NCBI GenBank assembly: GCA_046542505.1
Contig: JBKHBH010000020.1
Location: 1 to 29,496 of the forward strand
Reading direction: 5' to 3'
Source of the DNA: Thermovirgaceae bacterium
Lineage (GTDB): Bacteria > Synergistota > Synergistia > Synergistales > Thermovirgaceae
Length of the DNA stretch: 29,496 nucleotides
Part shown: one piece after another, positions 1 through 9,451 of the stretch
How positions within the stretch are numbered: the first letter of the stretch is position 1
Layout of the letters: the number at the start of each line of letters is the position of its first letter
Translations under genes and position numbers: made by a program
Notes under the pieces: generated by a model
What the model was told of the DNA's origin: nothing
The model's input: only the letters and a program-made list of their open reading frames with translations
Database searches by the model: none

Positions 1-615
1 GATCCCATACTTGACCCCTTCCCTTTCGGCCTTGCGGAATCGCTGGAAAGGTATGTCAGCTTCAGGAATCGGCACCCGTCGGTAAAAATGCTCATGGGCA
101 TCGGGAACCAGACGGAACTGGTCGAAGCCGATTCAACGGGGATCAATGCATTTCTGGCAGCCGTCTGTGAAGAGCTGTCCATTGAAGCGGTGCTGACGAC
201 CTCCGTCATATCCTGGGCGGCGGGGGCTGTGAAGGAATTTGACCTGGCCCGACGTCTCATGGCATGGGCAAAACGTGAAGGAAGTGTCCCGAAGTATGCC
301 GGTGCCGGACTCGTGACATTGCGTGATTTGCCCCATGAGATGTTTGCAGAGGAGGAATTGTTCCAGATGCACAAGGCGTTGCGGGACAAGAATTACAGGA
401 TTTTCGTGACGCCTCCGGTTCTGTGTGTCTTTAACCGTGACGTTTTCATAAAGAGTGAATCGGCGAAAGAGATTTGGGAACAGTTGAGTGATCTGGATCC
501 TTCTCATGCCTTTTATCTGGGCCGGGAGCTGGAAAAGGCCGAAACAGCCCTGAAACTCGGCAAGCGCTATGTCCAGGACCAGCCTTTGGACTGGGGGTAC
601 GCATCGAAATCATGA
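1..615 (+). CDS. Dihydropteroate synthase-like H4MPT biosynthesis protein (Orf20-type), 5'-truncated by window edge
   Basis: Frame 1 is open from base 1: DPILDPFPFGLAESLERY...MLMGIGNQTELVEADSTG and C-terminal HAFYLGRELEKAETALKLGKRYVQD, typical of Orf20/DHPS-like proteins of C1 clusters. The ATG at 88 is internal. Confidence 0.85.
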   Translation, partial: DPILDPFPFGLAESLERYVSFRNRHPSVKMLMGIGNQTELVEADSTGINAFLAAVCEELSIEAVLTTSVISWAAGAVKEFDLARRLMAWAKREGSVPKYAGAGLVTLRDLPHEMFAEEELFQMHKALRDKNYRIFVTPPVLCVFNRDVFIKSESAKEIWEQLSDLDPSHAFYLGRELEKAETALKLGKRYVQDQPLDWGYASKS

Positions 616-1172
616 TCATCGAGACGATATTAAGTACGCGGGATGAAAAGGGCATGCCGAATTTTGCTCCCATGGGAATTGAACAGACTCCCTCCGGCTG
701 TGTGACGGTCCGCCCTTTCAGGACAAGCCGGACCTGGCGAAATCTTTGTTCCGATTCTTTTGCCGTCGTGAACGTTGTCGAGCCGGCATTGCCTTTCGTT
801 TTGTCCGCGCTGGGGTCCCTGGACCTTCCGACCTTCCCGGCGAGGAAAATACCTTGCATGGTGCTCCAGGCGGCATCGCGATGGATGGAGCTTGAACTCG
901 CAGGCCGAAAACAGGATGAGCATCGGGGAAATTGCCTGTTCCGGGTCGTCCACGAAGAGGGACTCCGGTTTTTCCAGGGTCATAACAGGGCCAGGTGTGC
1001 CCTTGTCGAAACGGCAATTGCGGCCACCAGGATCCATGTATTCGGCAAGGACCCATTCTGGAGCGAGTTTTCCAGGGCTTGCACCCTGGTGGAAAAGACC
1101 GGTGGTGAAGAGGAAAAAGAGGCTTTGCTGATCCTGAAGAATTGGGCGGAGGGGTTCTGTGAAAGTTTGTGA
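612..1172 (+). CDS. DUF447 family protein (H4MPT cluster associated)
   Basis: MIIETILST..PNFAPMGI, PFRTSRTWRNL, HNRA..ALVETAIAATR, VEKTGG. ATGA overlap with the upstream gene. Confidence 0.8.
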   Translation: MIIETILSTRDEKGMPNFAPMGIEQTPSGCVTVRPFRTSRTWRNLCSDSFAVVNVVEPALPFVLSALGSLDLPTFPARKIPCMVLQAASRWMELELAGRKQDEHRGNCLFRVVHEEGLRFFQGHNRARCALVETAIAATRIHVFGKDPFWSEFSRACTLVEKTGGEEEKEALLILKNWAEGFCESL

Positions 1173-2148
1173 AGTGCACTCCCACTCGCGTTTACATCTC
1201 GGATTCCTGGACCTGCACGGAGGTCTCGGGAGGAAGTACGGAAGCATCGGAGTGGCTCTGGAAAAGCCGTGCATGGTTCTTTCCGCGTCAGAGTCCCCGT
1301 TCCTGGATGTCGAAGGCGATGACGCCGGAAGGGCCCGGGCGTATGCCGAGCGGTTCTACGCTCACTGCAATCTGCCGGAAGACAAACGCGCCCGATTGTC
1401 TTTGAAATCAGCGCTACCGGCGCATGTTGGACTCGGTTCGGGCACGCAGCTTGCTCTCACTCTGGGGACGGCGCTCAAAATTCTTCATGGATTTGAGTAC
1501 ACCACGGGGGAACTGGCCCTGATGATGGGCAGGGGCAAACGTTCCGGCGCGGGAATCGCCCTTTTCGACAAGGGAGGGTTAGTCCTGGACGGGGGACACG
1601 CGACAGGGCGCTCCAGGAATGTCCCTCCTGTCTTGTGGCAGGAAAAACTTCCTGGGGACTGGCTTTTTGTCGTGGCCATCCCTGATGCTCCCTGCGGCAA
1701 GAGCGGTGAAAAAGAGAACGGGGCCTTCAGGAATCTTCCGGAGCCATCCCCCGAGAGCGCCGGCCAGGTATGCCGGCATGTCCTGATGGGCCTGATTCCC
1801 GCAATACGGGAAAGGGACATCCAGGCCTTCGGCCGGTCTCTCACTGCCATTCAAAGAATCGTGGGCGACTGCTTTTCTCCCGCACAGTCCGGGCGTTTTG
1901 CCTGCCCCTTTTCGGAGAAAGTCATTTCCATGTTGCGTGAAGGAAATGCAGCCGGTGTCGGACAAAGCTCCTGGGGGCCCACGGTATATGGCCTGGTGGA
2001 GGGGAAAAGCGCAGCCGACGAATTGGCGGCCTGGGTGAAAAGGAAAGCCACTGGGCTTGGCAATGTCGAGGTCTTCGTGTCAGCGGCGGCAACGAGGGGC
2101 GCATGGTGGAAAATCGAACAGCAAAGGGGGAGCAGCCATGGAGATTAA
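1159..2148 (+). CDS. mptG: Beta-ribofuranosylaminobenzene 5'-phosphate (RFAP) synthase
   Basis: SRLHLGFLDL, GHMP-like HVGLGSGTQL, GRGKRSGAGIALF..GGLVLDGG, GQSSWGP. GTG start after GGAGG. Confidence 0.92.
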   Translation: MKVCEVHSHSRLHLGFLDLHGGLGRKYGSIGVALEKPCMVLSASESPFLDVEGDDAGRARAYAERFYAHCNLPEDKRARLSLKSALPAHVGLGSGTQLALTLGTALKILHGFEYTTGELALMMGRGKRSGAGIALFDKGGLVLDGGHATGRSRNVPPVLWQEKLPGDWLFVVAIPDAPCGKSGEKENGAFRNLPEPSPESAGQVCRHVLMGLIPAIRERDIQAFGRSLTAIQRIVGDCFSPAQSGRFACPFSEKVISMLREGNAAGVGQSSWGPTVYGLVEGKSAADELAAWVKRKATGLGNVEVFVSAAATRGAWWKIEQQRGSSHGD

Positions 2149-3046
2149 CGGGGTCGAGATAGCGGATACCTTTGCCGAGGCTTTCGGCATGTGGGCGACA
2201 CGGTTTTGCATTACCGCCGCCGATGAACATTGGCTGGAGGCTGCGGCAAAAAGCGTTACCGGATTCGCTACTTCCGTCATCGGCTGCGGGTGCGAAGCCG
2301 GTGTAGAAGGGATGGTCCCTGCCAAATCCACTCCGGACGGCCGTTTGGGAGTTCATGTTTTGCTCTTTGTGCCTTCGAGAAAGAATATGGAAAAACAACT
2401 GGTGGGACGAATCGGGCAGGCGGTCATGACTTGCCCCACTACGGCCTGCTTTTCCGCAATGGAAGGCAGTGAGAGAGTCCCTGTAGGGGCATCCCTCAGA
2501 TACTTCGGTGACACCTTTCAGGTAAGCAAGGTCGTTGACGGGCACAGGTACTGGCGTGTGCCCGTAATGGAGGGTGAATTCGTCATATCCGATACCTTCG
2601 GGATACAGAAAGGGGTCGGGGGAGGGAACTTCCTGATTGTCGCAAGGGACCCTGCTTCCGCGCTCGGCGCCGCAAGGGCTGCCGTGGAGGCGATGGAACC
2701 ATTGAAAGGAATCATCCTTCCCTTCCCGGGAGGCGTGGTCAGGAGCGGAAGCCAGGTAGGATCCAGATATTCCTTTCTGCCGGCGTCTACGAACGTGGCG
2801 TATTGTCCTACCCTGAAAGGCCTTGTCGGGACGGATTTGCCGGAAGAGGCGAACTCGGTCCTTGAAATCGTCATCGACGGTATTGATGGCCCTTCCGTGG
2901 AAGAAGCCATGAAAAGGGGGATACGCGCCGCCTGCATGGACGGCGTTCTGCAGATAACGGCGGGGAATTACGGAGGAAGTCTCGGAGAGCATCTTTTCCA
3001 TCTGCATTCCCTCCTGGAGGCTCAGGTCGACCCGCGGACACCGTGA
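2138..3046 (+). CDS. fhcD: Formylmethanofuran:tetrahydromethanopterin N-formyltransferase (Ftr/FhcD)
   Basis: MEINGVEIADTFAEAF, ATSVIGCGCEAG, TPDGR, CPTTACF, GGGNF, PFPGGVVRSGS, LEIVIDG, ITAGNYGG. Start moved to ATG 2138 (GGGGGAG RBS). Confidence 0.95.
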   Translation: MEINGVEIADTFAEAFGMWATRFCITAADEHWLEAAAKSVTGFATSVIGCGCEAGVEGMVPAKSTPDGRLGVHVLLFVPSRKNMEKQLVGRIGQAVMTCPTTACFSAMEGSERVPVGASLRYFGDTFQVSKVVDGHRYWRVPVMEGEFVISDTFGIQKGVGGGNFLIVARDPASALGAARAAVEAMEPLKGIILPFPGGVVRSGSQVGSRYSFLPASTNVAYCPTLKGLVGTDLPEEANSVLEIVIDGIDGPSVEEAMKRGIRAACMDGVLQITAGNYGGSLGEHLFHLHSLLEAQVDPRTP

Positions 3047-3094
3047 TGCGTCGCGGGGGAAAGAAGGATGAAAAATGTCTGTAGGTGATAGGCA

Positions 3095-3964
3095 ATGACG
3101 GAGAAAAGCCAGACTAAATATCTTCCGGCAGAAGAAACTCCATCGGAAGCGGTCTTTCTGGAGTACCTCCTCAAGGAACCGCTTCCCGTGGAAGCTCCGG
3201 CGCTGACGCCGGACAACATTCTGGGAAAAAGCGAAAAGGAAATCGGCAAGATACCGGTACTGGCAGGAAACAGATGGCAACCCCTCGGCGAGGTGTTCAA
3301 AGTGACCCGTCGGGGTGATGAAGCTCTCGTCATTTCAGGTGACCTGAAACACGTCAAGAGGATCGGGGAAAAGATGCGAGGAGGGCTTCTTGTTCTTAAG
3401 GGAAGCCCGGGCATGCATCTCGGTGAAAGCATGGGAAACGGAAAAATCCTTGTGGAGGGGGACCTCCCCGACTGGTGCTGCTGCAACATGCAGGGCGGAC
3501 TCGTCATGGTGAGGGGTGGCGCAGGCAACATGCTGGCTGCGGCTTTGCCTGGCGAGACGCGTGGCATGCGTGGCGGCGTCGTGATAGTGGAAGGAGATAC
3601 GGGAATCCGGACGGGAGAGGCCATGCGCCGTGGACTCATAGCCGTTGGTGGGGCGACGGGGGAATTTGCCGGGGCAAGGATGGTCGCAGGAACTTTGGCC
3701 GTCTTCGGGCGAATCGCCCGAAGGGCCGGAGGAGGTATGAAGCGCGGTACCATCATGGCTATTGGAGGAGTCGATGAATTGTTGCCTTCTTTCAGGAGGA
3801 GCTGCTCCTTCAGGAGCCCCTTTATAGAAATATATCTTAAAAAACTTCAATCCCTGGGCCTTCCGGTCGGGAAAGCCCTTTCAGGCGGGTTTTTCGCCCG
3901 CTGGTTGGGCGACGTGACCTCTTCCGTCGGGAAAGGGGAGATCCTGGTATATGAAGGCGCTTAA
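3095..3964 (+). CDS. fhcC: Formylmethanofuran dehydrogenase / formyltransferase-hydrolase subunit C (FwdC/FhcC)
   Basis: PVEAPALTPD N-terminus, GXGXG beta-helix repeats (IGEKMRGG, LGESMGNG, GMRGG, GEAMRRG, GGMKRGT) and C-terminal GD..GKGEIL. Confidence 0.92.
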   Translation: MTEKSQTKYLPAEETPSEAVFLEYLLKEPLPVEAPALTPDNILGKSEKEIGKIPVLAGNRWQPLGEVFKVTRRGDEALVISGDLKHVKRIGEKMRGGLLVLKGSPGMHLGESMGNGKILVEGDLPDWCCCNMQGGLVMVRGGAGNMLAAALPGETRGMRGGVVIVEGDTGIRTGEAMRRGLIAVGGATGEFAGARMVAGTLAVFGRIARRAGGGMKRGTIMAIGGVDELLPSFRRSCSFRSPFIEIYLKKLQSLGLPVGKALSGGFFARWLGDVTSSVGKGEILVYEGA

Positions 3965-4898
3965 CGAAAGGGCATCGCTTTTGGTGGATGAAATGATTCA
4001 AAGAGCTGAAGAGCTTGACGTAACGGTTCATGTGACCGGGGAAGGGGCACGGGTTATTGACGCGGGAGTCGAAGCATCCGGATCCCTCGAGGCGGGCCGG
4101 CTTTACGCCGAGGCTTGCATGAGCGGTCTCGGAAAAATCTCCTTTATCCACTACAGTGAAGGCGGTCTTGCCGTGCCGGGCCTGTCTGTTACGGTCGCAA
4201 AACCTGTTCTCGCCTGTTTGGCTTCACAGTATGCAGGCTGGCAGATCGCCGATGACGGCTACTTTGCCATGGTATCAGGCCCCGGGCGCATCCTCCGGGG
4301 AAAAGAACCCCTTTTGGAGGAACTCGAATATCGCGAAGAGACGGGCAAAGCCGTCCTGCTTCTTGAAAGCGACGAGCTTCCTCCGGGGAATGTCGTCCGG
4401 AAGGTGGCGGAGTCGTGCGGCGTCGTATCTGAATCGCTCTTCCTTGTCGTGGCGCCGACCCGTTCGGTCGTGGCGTCCGTACAGGTTGCGGCGCGTGTCG
4501 TGGAAACGGGCATGCACAAGATGCACGAATGCGGCTTCGATGTGACTTCCGTCATGACAGGATGGGGAGCCGTCCCCCTTCCGCCGGTGGGTTCAAATAC
4601 CCTGGAAGCCATGGGATGGACGAACGATGCCGTTTTGTACGGAGGAAGTGTCTGGTACGGTGTCCGGACCGACGACGATTCCATCCTGGAAGTGCTTGAA
4701 AAGCTTCCGTCGTCGGCGGCGAGAGATTTTGGAACGCCTTTTGCGAAGCTGTTCAAACAATATGACGGCGATTTTTACAAGATAGATCCTCTTTTGTTCA
4801 GCCCGGCGCGAATCATGGTCAACAACCTTTCGACGGGCAAGGTTTTTCACGCAGGAGAATTTGCCACCAAGATCCTGAAGGAGGAATGGGGGCTTTGA
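3951..4898 (+). CDS. mch: Methenyltetrahydromethanopterin cyclohydrolase
   Basis: IDAGV, ACLASQYAGW, SGPGR, APTRS..SVQVAARVVETGMHK, TNDAVLYGG, DFYKIDPLLFSPA. Confidence 0.96.
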   Translation: MKALNERASLLVDEMIQRAEELDVTVHVTGEGARVIDAGVEASGSLEAGRLYAEACMSGLGKISFIHYSEGGLAVPGLSVTVAKPVLACLASQYAGWQIADDGYFAMVSGPGRILRGKEPLLEELEYREETGKAVLLLESDELPPGNVVRKVAESCGVVSESLFLVVAPTRSVVASVQVAARVVETGMHKMHECGFDVTSVMTGWGAVPLPPVGSNTLEAMGWTNDAVLYGGSVWYGVRTDDDSILEVLEKLPSSAARDFGTPFAKLFKQYDGDFYKIDPLLFSPARIMVNNLSTGKVFHAGEFATKILKEEWGL

Positions 4899-5797
4899 GA
4901 GCAGCCATCCTCGGCAGAATGGACGGGTGGCATGTACAGTCACTGAGGCGGGCGCTTTCCGGCCGCGGGATAGAAAGTTCCTGCGTTGCCGCCACCCGCC
5001 TTGTTTCAAGATGTGCCACGGCCAAGCCTCCCTTAGAAGCGGCCGGCGAGGATCTGTCCGGCTGCGACCTGCTTTTTGTCCGCTCTGTTCCTGGTGGTTC
5101 ACTTGAGCAGGTCATCTATCGCGTGGATTCTCTTCACAGGCTTCAGGGACTGGGCGTTCGGGTGATCAATTCCGCTGCGGTGATAGAGCGGACGGTGGAC
5201 AAGCTGTACACTCTTTCCGTACTTGAGGATGCGGGCCTTCCAGTTCCCGCCACCGTAGCCTGCGAACGGTCTGAGCAGGCCATGGAAGCTTTTCTTTGTC
5301 TCGGAGGCGACGTGGTGGTCAAACCCCTTTTCGGTTCGGAAGGCAGGGGCATGCTTCGCGTATCCGACCCCGATCTTGCCTACAGGGTTTTTTCCGCCCT
5401 TGAGCAGAATCGATACATCTATTACCTTCAGGAATACCTGCCGCATGAAAACAGGGATTTTCGCGTTTTCGTGGTCTCGGGAAAATCCCTGGGCGTCATG
5501 CAGAGGGATGGAACGGAATGGCGTTCCAATGTGGCTCGCGGGGCCCGCGTAGCCCGGGCCGAAGCGGTGCCGGAGATAGAAAGCCTCGCTCTTGAGGCCG
5601 CCGCCCTGTTTGATGCGGATTATCTCGGCGTTGACGTCATCAGAGTTGAAGACGGCCGCGTCATGCTGCTTGAAATCAACGGGATTCCCGGCTGGCGAGG
5701 GTTTCTCAAGGCCACGGGAATCAACGCCGGAGAGGTGCTGGTCGAAAGTGTTCTCAACGAATCATGCTGCAGGCGAAAAAGGAAGGGTTTTTTCTGA
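4895..5797 (+). CDS. RimK-family ATP-grasp glutamate ligase (Orf5/MptN-like)
   Basis: GSLEQVIYRVD, IERTVDK, KPLFGSEGRG, YLQEY, WRSNVARG, EINGIPGW. TTG at 4895 is better spaced from AAGGAGG than ATG 4886. Confidence 0.88.
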   Translation: MRAAILGRMDGWHVQSLRRALSGRGIESSCVAATRLVSRCATAKPPLEAAGEDLSGCDLLFVRSVPGGSLEQVIYRVDSLHRLQGLGVRVINSAAVIERTVDKLYTLSVLEDAGLPVPATVACERSEQAMEAFLCLGGDVVVKPLFGSEGRGMLRVSDPDLAYRVFSALEQNRYIYYLQEYLPHENRDFRVFVVSGKSLGVMQRDGTEWRSNVARGARVARAEAVPEIESLALEAAALFDADYLGVDVIRVEDGRVMLLEINGIPGWRGFLKATGINAGEVLVESVLNESCCRRKRKGFF

Positions 5798-6668
5798 GCG
5801 GGACGTCCTCTGGGCGGCGCAGATCGCCTGCCAGCTTGAGGTGTCCGCTGACAAACCGGGCAATGTCACCTATGGCAAACCATTCGAGGATGTCTCCGTC
5901 GAGCAGTTTCTGGCGAGCGCCTTTGCGATCGGGCCGGCTTTTTCAAAGGCGTGTTCCTCAAGGACGGGACAACTTGTTCTCGAGGCTGTACGAGATACGA
6001 AAATCCTTGCCGGTTTCAACACAAATCTTGGCATCGTGCTTCTGCTGGCGCCGCTGGCAAAGGCGGCCCTCCGCAAGGAGGAAGGGACCCTGCGGGAACG
6101 CCTGTCCCTGGTGCTCAGGGAGACTGATGAACGAGACACGCAGGATGTCTATGAAGCCATCCGGCTGGCATCTCCGGGCGGGTTGAAAGAGATGCCCCGC
6201 TACGGGGTTATGGGCCCGATACCGAAAATCGCTTTGATGGAAGCCATGGCCGAAGCCTCGGCGTGGGATTCCATTGCAGCCGAGTATTGCAGTGATTTCA
6301 AGATCGTCTTCACCTTTGGACTTCCCGCTTTGGAACAGGCAAGGCACAGAATACCCCGAATGAGGGAGGCCGTGACCCATACCTTTCTTACGCTTCTCTC
6401 AGAAGTGCCCGACACGTTGATTTCGAGGAAGAACACCCCTGAAGCCGCACAGAAGGTTTCCCTGATGGCACGGGATGTGCTTGAGGCCGGAAGCGTCATG
6501 AGCAGAAACGGACGCAGCATGATCCATGAAATGGACCTTTTTCTGCGGGACGACCGAAATGCACTGAACCCGGGAACGACGGCGGACCTTCTTGCCGCCG
6601 TCTTGTTTATTGCCGTTCTCGATGTTCTCGACAGGCGAGATCTTCCTGAAACGCTCGCAGGATGGTAA
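5748..6668 (+). CDS. CitG-like triphosphoribosyl-dephospho-CoA synthase family protein (Orf7-type)
   Basis: ACQLEVSADKPGNV, NTNLGIVLL, YEAIRLASPGGL, PDTLISRK, NPGTTADL. Probable GTG start at 5748 after GAGGTG. Confidence 0.85.
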   Translation: MFSTNHAAGEKGRVFSERDVLWAAQIACQLEVSADKPGNVTYGKPFEDVSVEQFLASAFAIGPAFSKACSSRTGQLVLEAVRDTKILAGFNTNLGIVLLLAPLAKAALRKEEGTLRERLSLVLRETDERDTQDVYEAIRLASPGGLKEMPRYGVMGPIPKIALMEAMAEASAWDSIAAEYCSDFKIVFTFGLPALEQARHRIPRMREAVTHTFLTLLSEVPDTLISRKNTPEAAQKVSLMARDVLEAGSVMSRNGRSMIHEMDLFLRDDRNALNPGTTADLLAAVLFIAVLDVLDRRDLPETLAGW

Positions 6669-7792
6669 CTGTCATGGCGGGTGACACCAGGCAGTTTCCT
6701 GAAAAAGTCCTGATCTACGAGCATTTTTCGGCCGGCGGGATGGATCGGGGAAAGGATTCGGAGTCTTTGGCCGCCGAGGGCTTGTGCATGGCCGGTGCCC
6801 TGTTCTCCCATTTTATGAAGTCAGAAATGACAGTCCCTTGTCTTTTGCTCAGGAAAGAACTGCTTCATGCCATTCCCGATGATCAAAGGAAGTACATCCT
6901 CCCGGCTTTTCCCGGAAAAGCCGAAGAGCTCCTGTTTGAAGAATGCCATGGCGGAATGACTGTCGTCTTGATCGCTCCGGAGACAGGAGGGCTTTCGACG
7001 CGTTTGGCGAAGGATGTGCAAAAAGCCGGTGGATCCCTTCTCGGATCCGACCCTGAGACGATTTCTCTTGCATCGAACAAGGCATGGCTTCTGCGACGTC
7101 TTGTAGATGGAGGGGTTCCCTGTGTCCCCTCGACCGTCGTGTCGTGCACCGAAGACGCGCGTGAAGCGGCCGATAAGGCCGGGTATCCCGTGGTAACAAA
7201 GCCGCTGAGAGGGACCGGTGGAGAAGGCAGCGCACTGTTGAAATCCGAAAAGGAACTTGAAAAATATTTCAGGTCAGTGGAGGGCAATCATGCAGGACAG
7301 TTGGTCCTGCAGCCTTTCGTGGAAGGATTTCCTGCCAGCCTTTCCATACTTGCCGGCAGGGGGGGCGCCCTGCGTCTCGTCTCGGTGAACCGGCAGGATA
7401 TTGTGCAGGAAGCGATTGAGGGAAACCCGCCTCTTGACGGTTTCCGCTATGCTGGAGGAATGACAGGCCTGTCCGAAAAAAATGACCCCCGCATAAGGGT
7501 TACTGGAATGAGGGGCCTCGAGCGGCTTGCCGAAAAGACAGTCGGAATTCTGGGCGGCCTTTTGGGGTATGCCGGAATCGACCTGATCATGACCGAAAAC
7601 GGCCCTCTTGTCCTCGAGGTCAACCCGCGAATGACGACGCCTCTGGCGGTTCTCGCCCGGCATGTCGGGTGGAATATGGCCGACGTCCTGGTTGATGCCT
7701 GCGTGTCCGGAAAAATCCCCGAAAAGCTGGCGGTCCCCGTGACGGCTTTTGTAAAGGAGAATATGACATGGCCGACGCCCCCGAAAAAATGA
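6662..7792 (+). CDS. mfnD: ATP-grasp tyramine/tyrosine--L-glutamate ligase-like protein
   Basis: LIYEHFSAGG, SLAAEGLCM, LIAPETGG, KP..GTGGEG, SVNRQ, GYAGIDL, LEVNPRMTT. Lies beside mfnF and mfnE. Confidence 0.8.
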   Translation: MVTVMAGDTRQFPEKVLIYEHFSAGGMDRGKDSESLAAEGLCMAGALFSHFMKSEMTVPCLLLRKELLHAIPDDQRKYILPAFPGKAEELLFEECHGGMTVVLIAPETGGLSTRLAKDVQKAGGSLLGSDPETISLASNKAWLLRRLVDGGVPCVPSTVVSCTEDAREAADKAGYPVVTKPLRGTGGEGSALLKSEKELEKYFRSVEGNHAGQLVLQPFVEGFPASLSILAGRGGALRLVSVNRQDIVQEAIEGNPPLDGFRYAGGMTGLSEKNDPRIRVTGMRGLERLAEKTVGILGGLLGYAGIDLIMTENGPLVLEVNPRMTTPLAVLARHVGWNMADVLVDACVSGKIPEKLAVPVTAFVKENMTWPTPPKK

Positions 7793-8808
7793 TAATCGGA
7801 TGGGACATTGGAGGTGTCGGAAGCAAGTGCGCGGCCGTCACGCCGGATGCCGGTTTCGTTGCAGCGAAAAGCGAACCCTTCGAAATATGGAAAGGACCGC
7901 AAGAGCTGGGTTGCGTCCTGAAACGGCTCGCCTCCTGTTTTACCCCGTCTGAAGCCTCGATGGGCATAACCATGACCGCCGAGCTTTCGGACTGTTTTTC
8001 GTCAAAACGGGAAGGAGTGCGTTTTGTCCTTGAAGCCTTCGAGAGGACGTTTCCCGATACGCCCATGTGGTGCCTCTCGGCGGGCGGGAAATGGGTGCGG
8101 CTTGCGGAGGCCGTGAGGGTCCCTGACGAATTTGCGGCGACGAACTGGGTGGCTGCGGCACAGGAAATGGCGAGGCTTTTGGGTGACGGCGTCTGGGTGG
8201 ATGTGGGCAGCACGACGACGGATATCATCCCTTTCAGAAACGGGATTTCCTGCGCCCTGGGAAGAACCGATACGGACCGGTTGCGCTTCGGGGAACTCCT
8301 TTATACAGGAGTCATCCGTTCGAACCCCAATACGATGGCCCGATGGGTGCCCTTAAAGGGCAACTGGCACCGTGTGGCCGATGAATATTTCACCGTCATG
8401 GCGGATTGTTATCTGTTATTGGGTGAGATAAAAGCCGAAGAATATGCCATCAGACCGCCTGACGGAGGTCCGGTCAGCGTCGAAGGCGCCTCACGTCGCC
8501 TTGCGAGGCTGGTTTGCGCCGATCCGGACATGGTCTTTTTGGATGATCTTTTCCTCCTGGCGAAATACCTTCGCGAACGCCAGATTGAAAGGATCGTCGA
8601 AGCACTCTGCCAGGTGAGCAGCCGCGAAAACGTGAAACCTGTTGTCGTGGCGACGGGAATCGGGAAGTTTCTGGCCGAAACGGCGGCCGAAAGACTCGGT
8701 TTCTCAACCATTGATGCCGGGTCGGTGATACCTGAAGACTGCCGGGGGCAGTTTCCCGCCTGGGCGGCCGCGCGGGGTGTGCTTTTGTCGAAAGGAGAGG
8801 ACATGTGA
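7768..8808 (+). CDS. mfnF: Hydantoinase/oxoprolinase-like methanofuran biosynthesis coupling enzyme (MfnF/Orf9-type)
   Basis: IGWDIGG, TMTAELSDCF..KREGV, ATNW, VDVGSTTTDIIP, GELLYTG, RRLARLVCAD. Confidence 0.88.
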   Translation: MADAPEKMIIGWDIGGVGSKCAAVTPDAGFVAAKSEPFEIWKGPQELGCVLKRLASCFTPSEASMGITMTAELSDCFSSKREGVRFVLEAFERTFPDTPMWCLSAGGKWVRLAEAVRVPDEFAATNWVAAAQEMARLLGDGVWVDVGSTTTDIIPFRNGISCALGRTDTDRLRFGELLYTGVIRSNPNTMARWVPLKGNWHRVADEYFTVMADCYLLLGEIKAEEYAIRPPDGGPVSVEGASRRLARLVCADPDMVFLDDLFLLAKYLRERQIERIVEALCQVSSRENVKPVVVATGIGKFLAETAAERLGFSTIDAGSVIPEDCRGQFPAWAAARGVLLSKGEDM

Positions 8809-8809
8809 C

Positions 8810-9451
8810 GTGAAGGTCGAGGTAGTCCTAAAATTTGGTGGAAGCCTCGAGCGTAACCCGACCTTCCCGGAGATTTGCAAATGGACAGGTCGTTCTCTTC
8901 GGAGCGAAAAGGCCGTTATCATGCCTGGTGGAGGAAGGTTCGCCGACGTCGTTCGTGTCTGTGACAAACAGTGGGGGTTGAACGCGGCGACATCGCACTG
9001 GATGGCCGTCCTCGCCATGGAGCAGTTTGGTTATGTATTGGCCGAAAGAATCCCCGATTCCGTCACCTCGCGAACGGAAACAGACATTGCCCGGGCCCAT
9101 GCCGCAGGAATTCTCCCGGTTTTCCTGCCCGTTGCCTGGCTTCGAAAACAGAGGGATGTCCCTGAAAGCTGGGATGTGAGCTCCGACAGTATCGCCTGCC
9201 TTCTTGCCGCAGGGCTGAGAGCTTCGAGACTGGTACTCCTCAAGGACAGCCTTCCCGAGGAAGCACGCAGCGGGGAAGATCAAACCGAGGACGTCTTGCG
9301 GAACCTTGCGTTGGGTGGGTGGGTGGACCCCATGTTCACACGTTTCCTGTCTTCCTGGCGGGGCGAAGCCTGGCTTTGTGACGGAACGAAAGGCCTGGCC
9401 CTGGGGACCGAAGTCAGATGCGGGGGGAACAGATGTCTTCGCCTTCAATGA
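8810..9451 (+). CDS. mfnE: Amino-acid-kinase family 5-(aminomethyl)-3-furanmethanol phosphate kinase-like protein
   Basis: VLKFGGSL, PGGGRFADVVR, HWMAVLAMEQFG, SWDVSSDSIA. GTG at 8810 follows AAGGAGAGG. Confidence 0.85.
   Translation: MKVEVVLKFGGSLERNPTFPEICKWTGRSLRSEKAVIMPGGGRFADVVRVCDKQWGLNAATSHWMAVLAMEQFGYVLAERIPDSVTSRTETDIARAHAAGILPVFLPVAWLRKQRDVPESWDVSSDSIACLLAAGLRASRLVLLKDSLPEEARSGEDQTEDVLRNLALGGWVDPMFTRFLSSWRGEAWLCDGTKGLALGTEVRCGGNRCLRLQ

Noticed and set aside
1922..3280. 452-aa minus-strand ORF and many other long antisense ORFs (e.g. 19800-20798, 21540-22424, 26940-27791)
   Set aside because: They shadow well-supported genes on the opposite strand, have no recognisable motifs, and are expected in GC-rich DNA.
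5592..5800. Apparent missing start or frameshift for the CitG-like gene (ATG 5764 is out of frame)
   Set aside because: An in-frame GTG at 5748 with a GAGGTG RBS explains the gene without a frameshift.
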